Assembly (NCBI GenBank): GCA_043228905.1
Contig: JBHGNT010000010.1
Location: 992,001-1,056,000, forward strand
Length of the DNA: 64,000 nucleotides
Source: Azolla caroliniana
Lineage: Eukaryota > Plantae > Polypodiophyta
Direction: 5' to 3'
The notes beneath the pieces were generated by a model that saw only the letters and a program-made list of their open reading frames with translations, was not told the DNA's origin and searched no databases. Below are positions 50,726 through 62,903 of this stretch, piece after piece. Made by a program: the position numbers and the translations under genes. Position 1 is the first letter of the stretch; each line of letters begins with the position of its first letter.

Positions 50726-53700
50726 TGTTGGGATTACGGTCCCTCCGGATGGGATGGTCAGATGTCCGGGGATCCGGATGACGAAGACCCTGGCTACGGA
50801 GCCGGATGATGAAGACCCGGTTACGGAGCCGGATGATGAAGACCCCGGCTACGGAGCCGGATGACGAAGACCCCGGCTACGGAGCCGGATGATGAAGACC
50901 CCGGCTACGGAGCCGGATGACGAATGTACCCGGAGAGAGATCCGGGTGCGGGGACATATTTGTGAATATGTTTGCCAAGGGCCCTTGAGGCTATATTTGT
51001 AAATAGCCCGAAAGTCATATGTGTATAAATATGACTTAGGGCAAACTGTTTTTTGCTGCTGCTGCATGTTGTTGCTTTTTTTCTGTTTTCCACTTAGAGA
51101 GAGTGAAGTGAGCAGCCGAGAGAGAGAGAGAGAGAGAGAGAGAAGAAGAGGTTGTTGCCTCTGTGTATTACCGCCGCCTGTGGCGAAGACAGTGAGCTCA
51201 AGGTTGTTGCCTTGTAGCTTCACCATTGTACATCTCTGTGTATAGTGATAGTTGGAGTCTGAGGACTCCCGTGGTTTTTCCCATTTAGGGTTTTCCACGT
51301 AAAACATCCTGTGTACTCTTCTCTCTATTGTCTTCGTGCAATTTGTATTTCCTGTCTTCTGTGAGTTGATCCTATTCCTCGGTTGTGGCCGAGCGCTGTG
51401 TTTAACAATTGGTATCAGAGCGAGGTCAACACAGAAAAATGGAAGGCGGCGGTAGTGGGCCTCCGGGCATGATGGTGTTGAACTCACAGAACTACGCCGA
51501 CTGGAAGATAAAGATGGAAGACCTTCTCATCGTCCGAGACCTGTACGAACCGATCGACAATGCCGAGATACCCAAGGGGGTAATAGAGTCGGAGTGGAAG
51601 CTCCTGAACCGGAAAGCCGTAGCGACGATCCGGCAATATGTCGATGTAAGTGTTCTGCAACATGTGGCGAACGATACGAACGCCTATGAGATGTGGCAGA
51701 AGCTGTCCGGACTGTATGAGAGGAAGAATGCTCTGACCCGGACCTCCCTGATGAGGAAGATAGTGAATCTTAAGTACCGGGACGGCGAGAGCATGGTCGA
51801 ACACGTCAGCACGTTCATGGGATTCGTGAACCAGCTTGCGGCGATCAATTTCCCGTTGGATGACGCAATGCAAACCATCATGCTGATGTGTACCCTCCCG
51901 GAGAGCTGGGAGAACTTGGTAGTTACTCTCAGCACCTCCTGTAAGGAAGAGAACTTGTCTTTACTAACGGTAAAGACAAGTATTCTAAATGAAGAAGCGC
52001 GTCGGAGAGATAAAGAACCGGCCTCCGACTCGAAGGCGCTGCTTACCGAATCGGAACGGGGAAGACAACGGAACCGGAGTCCGCAAAGACGGGAGAAGTC
52101 GGGGACACGGTCGCAGTCGAGGGGAAGACCTACATGCTTCTACTGTGGGAAGCCGGGGCACTTCCAGAAGAATTGTCGGCATTTCCGGAAAGACAACGGA
52201 ACCGACGGTACCGATTCGAAGAAGTCACCGGAGCGAAACGGTGCATACCGGGGAGCCACGGACCGGAGAGGTCCGGATCGGCGAGGGCAGGACCGGAAAG
52301 GAACGACGGCACTCGCGGCAAGTGAAGAAGAGATAATGCTCATTACCGAAGAGAGGGAGCTGAACCTTGCCGGTGAAGAGATGACCTGGGTGGTCGATTC
52401 CGGAGCGTCGTTCCACCTGACCCCGGAGAAGAAATACTTCTCATCCTACACAGCCGGTGAGCACGGCTGTGTCCGGATGGGAAATGAAGGTACATGCCGG
52501 ATTGCCGGCATAGGAGACGTGTGGCTGATGACATCAACCAGATGCAAGATGCTGCTGAAGGATGTTCGACACGTTCCGGAGGTTCGATTAAACCTGATTT
52601 CGGCCGGGAGGCTAGACGATGAAGGCTACACGGGTAGCATCCGGAACGGTGCCATGAAGTTCAGCAACACGTTCCGGAGGTTCGATTAAACCTGATTTCG
52701 GCCGGGAGGCTAGACGATGAAGGCTACACGGGTAGCATCCGGAACGGTGCCATGAAGTTCAGCAAAGGGAGCCTGATAGTGGCTCGGGCCCGGAAGGTCA
52801 ACACACTGTACCTTATGAATGCCTGGTTGTGTCCGGAGGAGTTGAACGTGGCAGCCGACACTGCCGGTGAGCTGTGGCACAAGAGACTGTGCCACATGAG
52901 TGAGAAGGGGATGAAGAGGCTTGCAGAAGACAACCTTATTCCAGTGAAGCATGTGCACCTGGAGAAGTGCACCGATTGCCTGGCCGGTAAACAGAACCGA
53001 ACCTCCTTCCACTCAAGGCCACCGACGAGACGTAGCGCACCATTGGAGTTGGTGCACACTAACGTGTGTCAAGTAGAAACGAAGTCACATGGCGGAGCCC
53101 AGTACTTCGTGACATTCATTGATGACCACAGCCGGAAGCTGTGGACGGCACCGTTGAAGACAAAGGACCAAGTGTTGTGCGTCTTCAAAGAACTCCACGC
53201 GAGAGTGGAAAGGGAATCCGGCAAGAAGCTGAAAGCGATACGAGCGGATAACGGAGGGGAATACCGGGGGCAGTTCGAGGAGTATTGTCGCTCGAAGGGA
53301 ATCCGGCTCGAGTTTACTGTGCCGAAGACGCCGGAACTGAACGGGCTGGCCGAGAGGATGAACCGGACCATAATGGAGAGGGTCCGGAGTATGCTGGAGC
53401 ATGCGAAATTACCCAAGGGGTTTTGGGCTGAGGCAATGTCGACGGCGACATACGTGATAAACAGATCACCCTCAGTACCTTTGGACGGAGACACGCCGCA
53501 GAGAGTGTGGACCGGTAGGGAAGTATCCTATCGGCATCTTAAAGTGTTCGGGTGTCTCGCATATGTGCATGTGGCAAAGGACCGGAGAGGAAAGCTAGAT
53601 CCAAAGACCCGGCCATGCATATTCCTCGGCTACGGCGATGACGAGTTCGGCTACCGAGTATGGGACCCGGTCGACAAAAAGATATTCCGGAGTCGTGATA

Positions 53701-56303
53701 TCATCTTCATGGAGGACAAGACACTCGCAGACTGGGAGTCGGAGAAGAAGATGAAGAGTTCCAAGTCGACCGGTGAGGATCAACTCTACGAGGAGCAGTC
53801 CCGACCGGCAAGGGACCGGCTAGCACTCGAGGATCTGGCTGAAGACGGTGAAGAAACAGAACCGGCCAAGGAAGATGAAACAGATACCGGAACCGGCCCC
53901 GATCCCGAAATGGATTCGGATGAAGAGGAAACGGAGGAGCCGGTTACCGAAGCTCCGGAACGGAGATATCCTCTAAGAGAGAGAAGGGCCCCCCCGAAGA
54001 TTTCCGGAACCAGAGCACGTGCTGCTAACCGACGAGGGGGAGCCGGAGAGTTTTGAAGAAGCAAAGCTTGACACCCATAGCCGCATGTGGTTAAGTGCCA
54101 TGCAGGAGGAGATGGATTCCCTGCATGAGAACCACACATATGAACTTGTGGAGTTGCCGAAAGGAAAGCGGGCACTTCGAAACAAGTGGGTGTTCAAGCT
54201 GAAACCGGGAGATGCCGGAAACCCCCCGAGATACAAAGCCAGGATCGTGGTGAAGGGGTTCCAGCAGAAGAAGGGCGTCGACTTCGACGAGATATTTGCC
54301 CCGGTAGTGAAGATGACCTCCATCCGGACGGTGCTGAGCATAGCGGCAAGCATGGACCTCGAGGTAGAACAGATGGACGTGAAGACGACATTCCTTCACG
54401 GTGACCTCGAAGAAGAGATCTACATGCAGCAACCGGAAGGATTCGAGAAGAAAGGGAAGGAGCACCTGGTATGCCGGTTGAAGAAGAGCCTTTACGGACT
54501 GAAGCAGGCTCCCCGGCAATGGTACCGGAAGTTCGACTCTTTCATGACCGATGAAGGGTACCACAAAACGCAGTCCGATCACTGCGTGTTTGTGAAGAAG
54601 TTCGAAGGAGGAGACTTTCTAATACTCCTCCTGTACGTGGACGACATGTTGATCGTCGGACGGGACCAGGTCAAGATACGGATGCTGAAGAAAGCACTTC
54701 ACTGAACCTTCTCAATGAAGGACCTGGGTCCGGCGAGGCAAATACTAGGGATGCACATCATCCGGGACCGGAAGAAGAAGCAGTTGTGGCTGTCACAGGA
54801 GAAGTACGTGACAAAGGTGCTTCACCGGTTCAACATGTCGGAAGCAAGACCGGTCGGGTCAACCCTCCCGGCAAACTGCAAGTTGTCCAGCAAGCAAAGC
54901 CCCAAGACAAAGGCTGAGAAGGAGGACATGATGAAAGTACCATATGCCTCTGCCGTCGGAAGCTTGATGTACGCAATGGTGTGTACAAGACCGGACATAG
55001 GATATGCAGTCGGAGTGGTGAGCCGGTACATGAGCAATCCCGGCAAAGAGCACTGGAACACGGCCAAGTGGATACTCCGATACCTGAAGGGCACGGCAAA
55101 CGTGTGCCTCCGATTCGGCTCCGGTAAGCCCGAACTCGACGGCTTTACCGATTCGGATATGTCGGCTGATGCAGATACCAACCGGTCCACATCAGGGTAT
55201 GTGATGACGTATGCAGGGGGAGCTGTTTCGTGGCAGTCGAGGCTGCAGAAGACGGTTGCGTTGTCAACCACGGAGGCGGAGTACATGGCGGCTGTTGAAG
55301 CCGGCAAGGAAGTGATATGGATGAAGGACTTCATTAGAGAGCTCGGTATCCGGCAAGAGGAGTACCGACTCTACTGCGATAGTCAGAGTGCCATCCACCT
55401 TGCGAAGAACGCGGCCTATCACTCCCGGACGAAGCACATCCAGCGAAGATATCACTGGATCCGGGAAAGGATAGAAGACCAGGAGTTCGTGCTGACGAAG
55501 ATCCACACGGACGAGAACGGGTCAGATATGCTGACCAAAGTGCTCACACCCGACAAGCTGGAAGCGTGCCGGAAGAGGGTCGGACTGGAAAGACATCCCA
55601 TGCCGAAGTGAAGGGGGAGTTTGTTGGGATTACGGTCCCTCCGGATGGGATGGTCAGATGTCCGGGGATCCGGATGACGAAGACCCCGGCTACGGAGCCG
55701 GATGATGAAGACCCGGTTACGGAGCCGGATGAGGAAGACCCCGGCTACGGAGCCGGATGACGAAGACCCCGGCTACGGAGCCGGATGACGAAGACCCCAG
55801 CTACGGAGCCGGATGACGAATGTACCCGGAGAGAGATCCGGATGCGGGGACATATTTGTGAATATGTTTGCCAAGGGCCCTTGAGGCTATATTTGTAAAT
55901 AGCCCGAAAGTCATATGTGTATAAATATGACTTAGGGCAAACTGTTTTTTGCTGCTGCTGCATGTTGTTGCTTTTTTTCTGTTTTCCACTTAGAGAGAGT
56001 GAAGTGAGCAGCCGAGAGAGAGAGAGAGAGAGAGAGAGAAGAAGAGGTCGTTGCCTCTGTGTATTACCGCCGCCTATGGCGAAGACAGTGAGCTCAAGGT
56101 TGTTGCCTTGTAGCTTCAGCATTGTACATCTCTGCTTATAGTGATAGTTGGAGTCTGAGGACTCCCGTGGTTTTTCCCATTTAGGGTTTTCCACGTAAAA
56201 CATCCTGTGTACTCTTCTCTCTATTGTCTTCGTGCAATTTGTATTTCCTGTCTTCTGTGAGTTGATCCTATTCCTCGGTTGTGGCCGAGCGTTGTGTTTA
56301 ACA
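50726..56303 (+). mobile_element. Ty1/copia element B1 (Tnt1/Tork-like), nested in the RT of A
   Basis: 682-bp LTRs at 50726-51407 and 55622-56303, each with 5 x about 28-bp internal repeats. PBS 51410-51421; PPT 55611-55619. gag-pol 51439-55611 is broken by a 98-bp duplication (52569-52764), an extra C near 53990 and TGA at 54703. Flanks are GAAAC and ATAAC. Confidence 0.97.
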
Positions 56304-56308
56304 ATAAC

Positions 56309-57628
56309 TTGGGACCTAGTTGATCCTCCCCGTCACTGTAAACCGATCGGATGCAAGTGGGTGTACAAGGTCAAGTACAACGCCGACGATTCTGTTAATC
56401 GGTACAAAGCCCGGTTAGTGGCGAAGGGATACGCGCAGACCCACGGAATCGACTACGACGAGACCTTCGCTCCTGTGGCGAAGATGACGACGGTTTGTGT
56501 GGTACTGGCGGTTGTTGCGGCAAGGGGGTGGCATCTTCACCAGATGGATGTGAAGAACACCTTCCTTCAAGGAGAGCTTGAAGAACCCGGATTTCACTCG
56601 GAGATGAACAAGTCGGCGGTATGCCAACTGAAGAAGTCGCTTTACGGCTTGAAGCAAGCCCCCCGAGCTTGGAACGCGAAGATCACGCACCGGTTGCGTA
56701 AGCTGGGGTTTGCTGTCTCTAAGTCGGACTCTTCGTTATTCATCCGGCAAGGCTCTGACGGTCCGGTATGTATACTCTTGTATGTGGATGATTTAGTCAT
56801 CATCGGACCGGGTCTTCGCGAAATCAACCGCGTCAAGTCCTAGTTGTCGGACGCATTCGAAATGAAGGACCTAGGGGACCTTCATTATTTTCTTGGGATC
56901 GAAGTGATCCGGACCCCCGACGGCATATTGCTCTCACAACGACATTACGTGTTGAATATGTTGTATAAGTTCGGCATGACGGATTGCCGACCTGTCTCCA
57001 CACCCCTGGACCGGAACCAGAAGCTTCGTCCCAACTCTGGACCGGCCTGCAATGAGAAACGGTTCCGACAGGTTGTCGGAAGCCTGATCTACTTAACCAT
57101 CACCCGACCCGACATCAGCTATCCGGTCGGCATGGTAAGTCAGTTCATGCAGAAGCCGACCGTGGAGCACCTTCAGTGCGCGCAACAAATATTACGGTAT
57201 GTCAGCGGCACTAAGGACCGGGGACTGCTATACCGGCGAGGTATACCCGAAGAGCTTGTCGGTTACACAGATGCTGACTGGGCCGGCGATGCGTCTGATC
57301 GCCGCTCCACTTCCGGATACATGTTCTCCATAGGTAGCGCGGCCGTTGCGTGGAGCATCAAGAAGCAGCCCACAGTGGCTTTGTCAAGCACTGAGGCTGA
57401 GTACCGGGCCGCTACCATTGCCACTTGTGAAGCCATCTGGCTTCGGCGACTGCTGCGAGACTTGCGGATCGAGGTGCCGACCCCGATCCCGATTTACTGC
57501 GATAACATGAGCAGCATGCAGCTCGCCAGGAACCCTGTGTTCCATGCTCGCACAAAGCACATCGAGGTGCACTACCACTTCGTGCGTGAGCAGGTCCTGA
57601 GCAGTGAAGTTGACCTACGGTATGTTCA
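56309..57628 (+). pseudogene. Copia A reverse transcriptase and RNase H segment between B1 and B2
   Basis: WDLV...KWVYKVK...KARLVAKG...QMDVK...LYGLKQAPRAW...LYVDDL...YTDADWAG...RTKHIEVHYHF. Confidence 0.92.
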
Positions 57629-60600
57629 TGTTGCACACAGTGCTCGGCCACAACCGAGGAATAGGATCAACTCACAGAAAACAGGAAATACAAAATGCAC
57701 GAAGACAATAGAGAGAAGAGTACACAGGGTGTTTTACGTGGAAAACCCTAAATGGGAAAAACCACGGGAGTCCTCAAACTCCAACTATCACTATACACAG
57801 AGATGTACAATGGTGAAGCTACAAGGCAACAACCTTGAGCTCACTGTCTTTGCCACAGGCGGCGGTAATACACAGAGGCGTCGACCTCTTCCTTTCTCTC
57901 TCTCTCTCGGCTGCTCTCACTTCGCTCTCTCGGCTGAAAACATAAAATGAGCAACAACATAAAACTGTTTGCCCTAAGTCATATTTATACAACATATGAC
58001 TTTCGGGCTATTTACAAATATAGCCTAGAGGGCCCTTGGCAAACATATTCACAAATATGTCCCCGCATCCGGATCTCTCTCCGGGTACATTCATCATCCG
58101 GCTCCGTAGCCGGGGTCTTCATCACCCGGCTCCGTAGCCGGGGTCTTCATCACCCGGCTCCGTAGCCGGGGTCTTCATCATCCGGCTCCCGGACATCTGA
58201 CCATCCCATCCGGAGGGACCGTAATCCCAACAAACTCCCCCTTCACTTCGGCATGGGATGTCTTTCCAATCCGATCCTCTTCCGGCATGCTTCCAGTTTG
58301 TCGGGTGTGAGCACCTTGGTCAGCATATCCGACCCGTTCTCGTCCGTGTGGATCTTCGTCAGCACAAACTCCTTGTCTTCTATCCTTTCCCGGATCCAGT
58401 GGTATCTACGCTGGATGTGCTTCGTCCGGGAGTGATAGGCCGCATTCTTCGCAAGGTGGATGGCACTCTGACTGTCGCAGTAGAGTCGGTACTCCTCCTG
58501 CCGGATACCGAGCTCTCTAATGAAGTCCTTCATCCATATTATTTCCTTGCCGGCTTCAACAGCCGCCATGTACTCCGCCTCCGTGGTTGACAACGCAACC
58601 GTCTTCTGGAACCCCTTCACCACGATCCTGGCTTTGTATCTCGGGGGGTTTCCGGCATCTCCCGGTTTCAGCTTGAACACCCACTTGTTTCGAAGTGCCC
58701 GCTTTCCTTTCGGCAACTCCACAAGTTCATATGTGTGGTTCTCATGCAGGGAATCCATCTCCTCCTGCATGGCACTTAACCATCTGCGGCTATGGGTGTC
58801 AAGCTTTGCTTCTTCAAAACTCTCCGGCTCCCCGTCGTCGGTTAGCAGCACGTGCTCTGGTTCCGGAAATCTCCGGGGGGCCCTTCTCTCTCTTAGAGGA
58901 TATCTCCGTTCCGGAGCTTCGGTAACCGGCTCCTCCGTTTCTTCTTCATCCGAATCCATTTCGGGATCGGGGCCGGTTCCGGTATCAGTTTCATCTTCCT
59001 CGGCCGGTTCTGTTTCTTCACCGTCTTCGGCCGGATCCTCGAGTGCTAACCGGTCCCTTGCCGGTCGGGACTGCTCCTCGTAGAGTTGATCCTCACCGGT
59101 CGACTTGGAACTCTTCATCTTCTTCTCCGACTCCCAGTCGGCGAGTGTCTTGTCCTCCATGAAGATGATATCTCGACTCCTGAATATCTTCTTGTCGACC
59201 GGGTCCCATACTCGGTAGCCGAACTCGTCGTCGCCATAACCGAGGAATATGCATGGCCGGGTCTTTGGATCTAACTTTCCTCTCCGGTCCTTAGCCACAT
59301 GCACGTATGCGAGACACCCAAACACCTTTAGATGCCGGTAGGACACTTCCTTACCGGTCCACACTCTCTGTGGCGTGTCTCCATCCAGGGGTACTGAGGG
59401 TGATCTTTTTATCACATATGTCGCCGTCGACATTGCCTCAGCCCAAAACCCCTTGGGTAATTTCGCATGCGCCAGCATACTCCGGACCCTCTCCATTATG
59501 GTCCGGTTCATCCTCTCGGCCAGCCCGTTCAGTTCCGGCGTCTTCGGCACAGTAAACTCGAGCCGGATTCCCTTCGAGCGACAGTACTCCTTGAACTGCC
59601 CCCGGTATTCCCCTCCGTTATCCGCTCGTATCGCTTTCAGCTTCTTGCCGGATTCCCTTTCCACTCTCGCGTGGAGTTCTTTGAAGACGCACAACACTTG
59701 GTCCTTTGTCTTCAATGGTGCCGTCCACAGCTTCCGGCTGTGGTCATCAATGAATGTCACGAAGTACTGGGCTCCGCCATGTGACTTCGTTTCTACTTGA
59801 CACACGTTAGTGTGCACCAACTCCAATGGTGCGCTACGTCTCGTCGGTGGCCTTGAGTGGAAGGAGGTTCAGTTCTGTTTACCGGCCAGGCAATCGGTGC
59901 ACTTCTCCAGGTGCACATGCTTCACTGGAATAAGGTTGTCTTCTGCAAGCCTCTTCATCCCCTTCTCACTCATGTGGCACAGTCTCTTGTGCCACAGCTC
60001 ACCGGCAGTGTCGGCTGCCACGTTCAACTCCTCCGGACACAACCAGGCATTCATAAGGTACAGTGTGTTGACCTTCCGGGCCCGAGCCACTATCAGGCTC
60101 CCTTTGCTGAACTTCATGGCACCGTTCCGGATGCTACCCGTGTAGCCTTCATCGTCTAGCCTCCCGGCCGAAATCAGGTTTAATCGAACCTCCGGAACGT
60201 GTCGAACATCCTTCAGCAGCATCTTGCATCCGGTTGATGTCATCAGCCACACGTCTCCTATGCCGGCAATCCGGCATGTACCTTCATTTCCCATCCGGAC
60301 ACAGCCGTGCTCACCGGCTATGTAGGATGAGAAGTATTTCTTCTCCGAGGTCAGGTGGAACGACGCTCCGGAATCGACCACCCAGGTCATCTCTTCACCG
60401 GCAAGGTTCAGCTCCCTCTCTTCGGTAATGAGCATTATCTCTTCTTCACTTGCCGCGAGTGCCGTCGTTCCTTTCCGGTCCTGCCCTCGCCGATCCGGAC
60501 CTCTCCGGTCCGTGGCTCCCCGGTATGCACCGTTTCGCTCCGGTGACTTCTTCGAATCGGTACCGTCGGTTCCATTGTCTTTCCGGAAATGCCGACAATT

Positions 60601-62051
60601 CTTCTGGAAGTGCCCCGGCTTCCCACAGTAGAAGCATGTAGGTCTTCCCCTCGACTGCGACCGTGTCCCCGACTTCTCCCGTCTTTGCGGACTCCGGTTC
60701 CGTTGTCTTCCCCGTTCCGATTCGGTAAGCAGCGCCTTCGAGTCGGAGGCCGGTTCTTTATCTCTCCGACGCGCTTCTTCATTTAGAATACTTGTCTTTA
60801 CCGTTAGTAAAGACAAGTTCTCTTCCTTACAGGAGGTGCTGAGAGTAACTACCAAGTTCTCCCAGCTCTCCGGGAGGGTACACATCAGCATGATGGCTTG
60901 CATTGCGTCATCCAACGGGAACTTGATCGCCGCAAGCTGGTTCACGAATCCCATGAACGTGTTGACGTGTTCGACCATGCTCTCGCCGTCCCGGTACTTA
61001 AGATTCACTATCTTCCTCATCAGGGAGGTCCGGGTCAGAGCATTCTTCCTCTCATACAGTCCGGACAGCTTCTGCCACATCTCATAGGCGTTCGTATCGT
61101 TCGCCACATGTTGCAGAACACTTACATCGACATATTGCCGGATCGTCGCTACGGCTTTCCGGTTCAGGAGCTTCCACTCCGACTCTATTACCCCCTTGGG
61201 TATCTCGGCATTGTCGATCGGTTCGTACAGGTCTCGGACGATGAGAAGGTCTTCCATCTTTATCTTCCAGTCGGCGTAGTTCTGTGAGTTCAACACCATC
61301 ATGCCCGGAGGCCCACTACCGCCGCCTTCCATTTTCTGTGTTAACGTCGCTCTGATACCACTTTGTTGCACAGAGTGCTCGGCCACAACCGAGGAATAGG
61401 ATCAACTCACAGAAAACAGGAAATACAAAATGCACGAAGACAATAGAGAGAAGAGTACACAGGGTGTTTTACGTGGAAAACCCTAAATGGGAAAAACCAC
61501 GGGAGTCCTCAAACTCCAACTATCACTATACACAGAGATGTACAATGGTGAAGCTACAAGGCAACAACCTTGAGCTCACTGTCTTCGCCACAGGCGGCGG
61601 TAATACACAGAGGCGTCGACCTCTTCCTTTCTCTCTCTCTCTCGGCTGCTCTCACTTCGCTCTCTCGGCGGAAAACATAAAATGAGCAACAACATAAAAC
61701 TGTTTGCCCTAAGTCATATTTATACAACATATGACTTTCGGGCTATTTACAAATATATCCTAGAGGGCCCTTGGCAAACATATTCACAAATATGTCCCCA
61801 CATCCGGATCTCTCTCCGGGTACATTCATCATCCGGCTCCGTAGCCGGGGTCTTCATCACCCGGCTCCGTAGCCGGGGTCTTCATCATCCGGCTCCGTAG
61901 CCGGGGTCTTCATCATCCGGCTCCGTAGCCGGGGTCTTCATCATCCGGCTCCGTAGCCGGGGTCTTCATCAACCGGCTCCGTAGCCGGGGTCTTCATCAT
62001 CCGGCTCCCGGACATCTGACCATCCCATCCGGAGGGACCGTAATCCCAACA
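57629..62051 (-). mobile_element. Ty1/copia element B2 (same family as B1, RT-deleted), nested in the RNase H of A in inverted orientation
   Basis: LTRs 61364-62051 (6 repeats) and 57629-58232 (3 repeats). Perfect TSD GTTCA at 57624-57628 and 62052-62056. PBS 61349-61360; PPT 58235-58243. CGA>TGA stop at 59869. A 984-bp in-frame deletion gives the junction KGFQ|KTVA. Confidence 0.97.
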
Positions 62052-62903
62052 GTTCATACGGATCGGCAAGTTGCCGACATCTTCACCAAGCCGCTCGGAT
62101 CGGACAAGTTGCAGCACTTTACCGACATGCTTGGTATTCAGCATCTCGACGTGCCGCACTTGAGGGGGAGAAGCAAGGGCAAAGTCTCTACCGAAACCGG
62201 CAAAGGCAAAGAGACTGTTGAACCCGTCGGTAAGAGGAGAGCCGGAAGAAGAGGAGACAAGAAGATGAAGGAAGCCGAGTCGACGAAGGAAGTCGACACA
62301 TCCGAACAGGTCGGAGCAAGCGGCTGTGAAGAAGAGTTGTGCACTCAAGAAGAGAAGTGCATGCTGTGCGGAGGTCATCACGACGGTACTGACCATGATG
62401 CGGAGTCGAATGAAGAATTCGATTTCGGTTCACCGGCTGAAGAAGTCGAGGGAAGCATGGAGAAGGCCAAGACTCGTAAGTGGTCCGATGTGGTGAGAGG
62501 CCTGAAGCCGGAAGTCGAATCGGAGTGTACCGATTCGGACAAGAGCTGGAACGAGTCGGAGATAGTTGACTCAGATCAACAGATGGATCCGGATGAGACG
62601 GATCGACTGAAGGCCAAGGGGACACGGACACAGCGGAAGTCGATGCCATCGTGGGAGAACCGACGGATCGGCAAGCGCCGGAGTCACAACAACGTGAGTG
62701 TTGAGATGGGCCTATTGAGCAGACATGCCGACCGAGAGGGTCGAGGCGCGCAGAACCAAAGGGGTCGCGGCAAACGGGACCGGACCGGACGAGGAGCGCG
62801 AGCAAGGCGGAGTGACGCTAGGAGGAGTCGGTTGAAAGAACCGACTGCCATAGAGGTCGACACTACGACCCCACCTCAGGTTGAGCTTGAGGGGGAGTGT
62901 TGA
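62052..62903 (+). CDS. End of Copia A RNase H plus an in-frame C-terminal extension of about 240 aa
   Basis: VHTDRQVADIFTKPLG...HLRGR continues without a stop to ELEGEC* (TGA 62901-62903, inside the 3' LTR). Confidence 0.7.
   Translation, partial: VHTDRQVADIFTKPLGSDKLQHFTDMLGIQHLDVPHLRGRSKGKVSTETGKGKETVEPVGKRRAGRRGDKKMKEAESTKEVDTSEQVGASGCEEELCTQEEKCMLCGGHHDGTDHDAESNEEFDFGSPAEEVEGSMEKAKTRKWSDVVRGLKPEVESECTDSDKSWNESEIVDSDQQMDPDETDRLKAKGTRTQRKSMPSWENRRIGKRRSHNNVSVEMGLLSRHADREGRGAQNQRGRGKRDRTGRGARARRSDARRSRLKEPTAIEVDTTTPPQVELEGEC

Noticed and set aside
50770-50925. CRISPR-like 28-bp repeats
   Set aside because: These are head-to-tail repeats without spacers inside LTRs.
50849-51487. 212-aa antisense ORF and its equivalents in the other B LTRs
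   Set aside because: It runs through a microsatellite and the frame is not preserved in the B2 LTRs.
54265-55248. Segment missing from B2 as a spliced intron
   Set aside because: No placement of the breakpoints gives a GT or GC donor; microhomology-mediated deletion fits better.
57629-62051. B2 as an assembly artefact or inverted duplication of B1
   Set aside because: B2 has its own perfect TSD, different LTR ends and PBS spacer, and private lesions.
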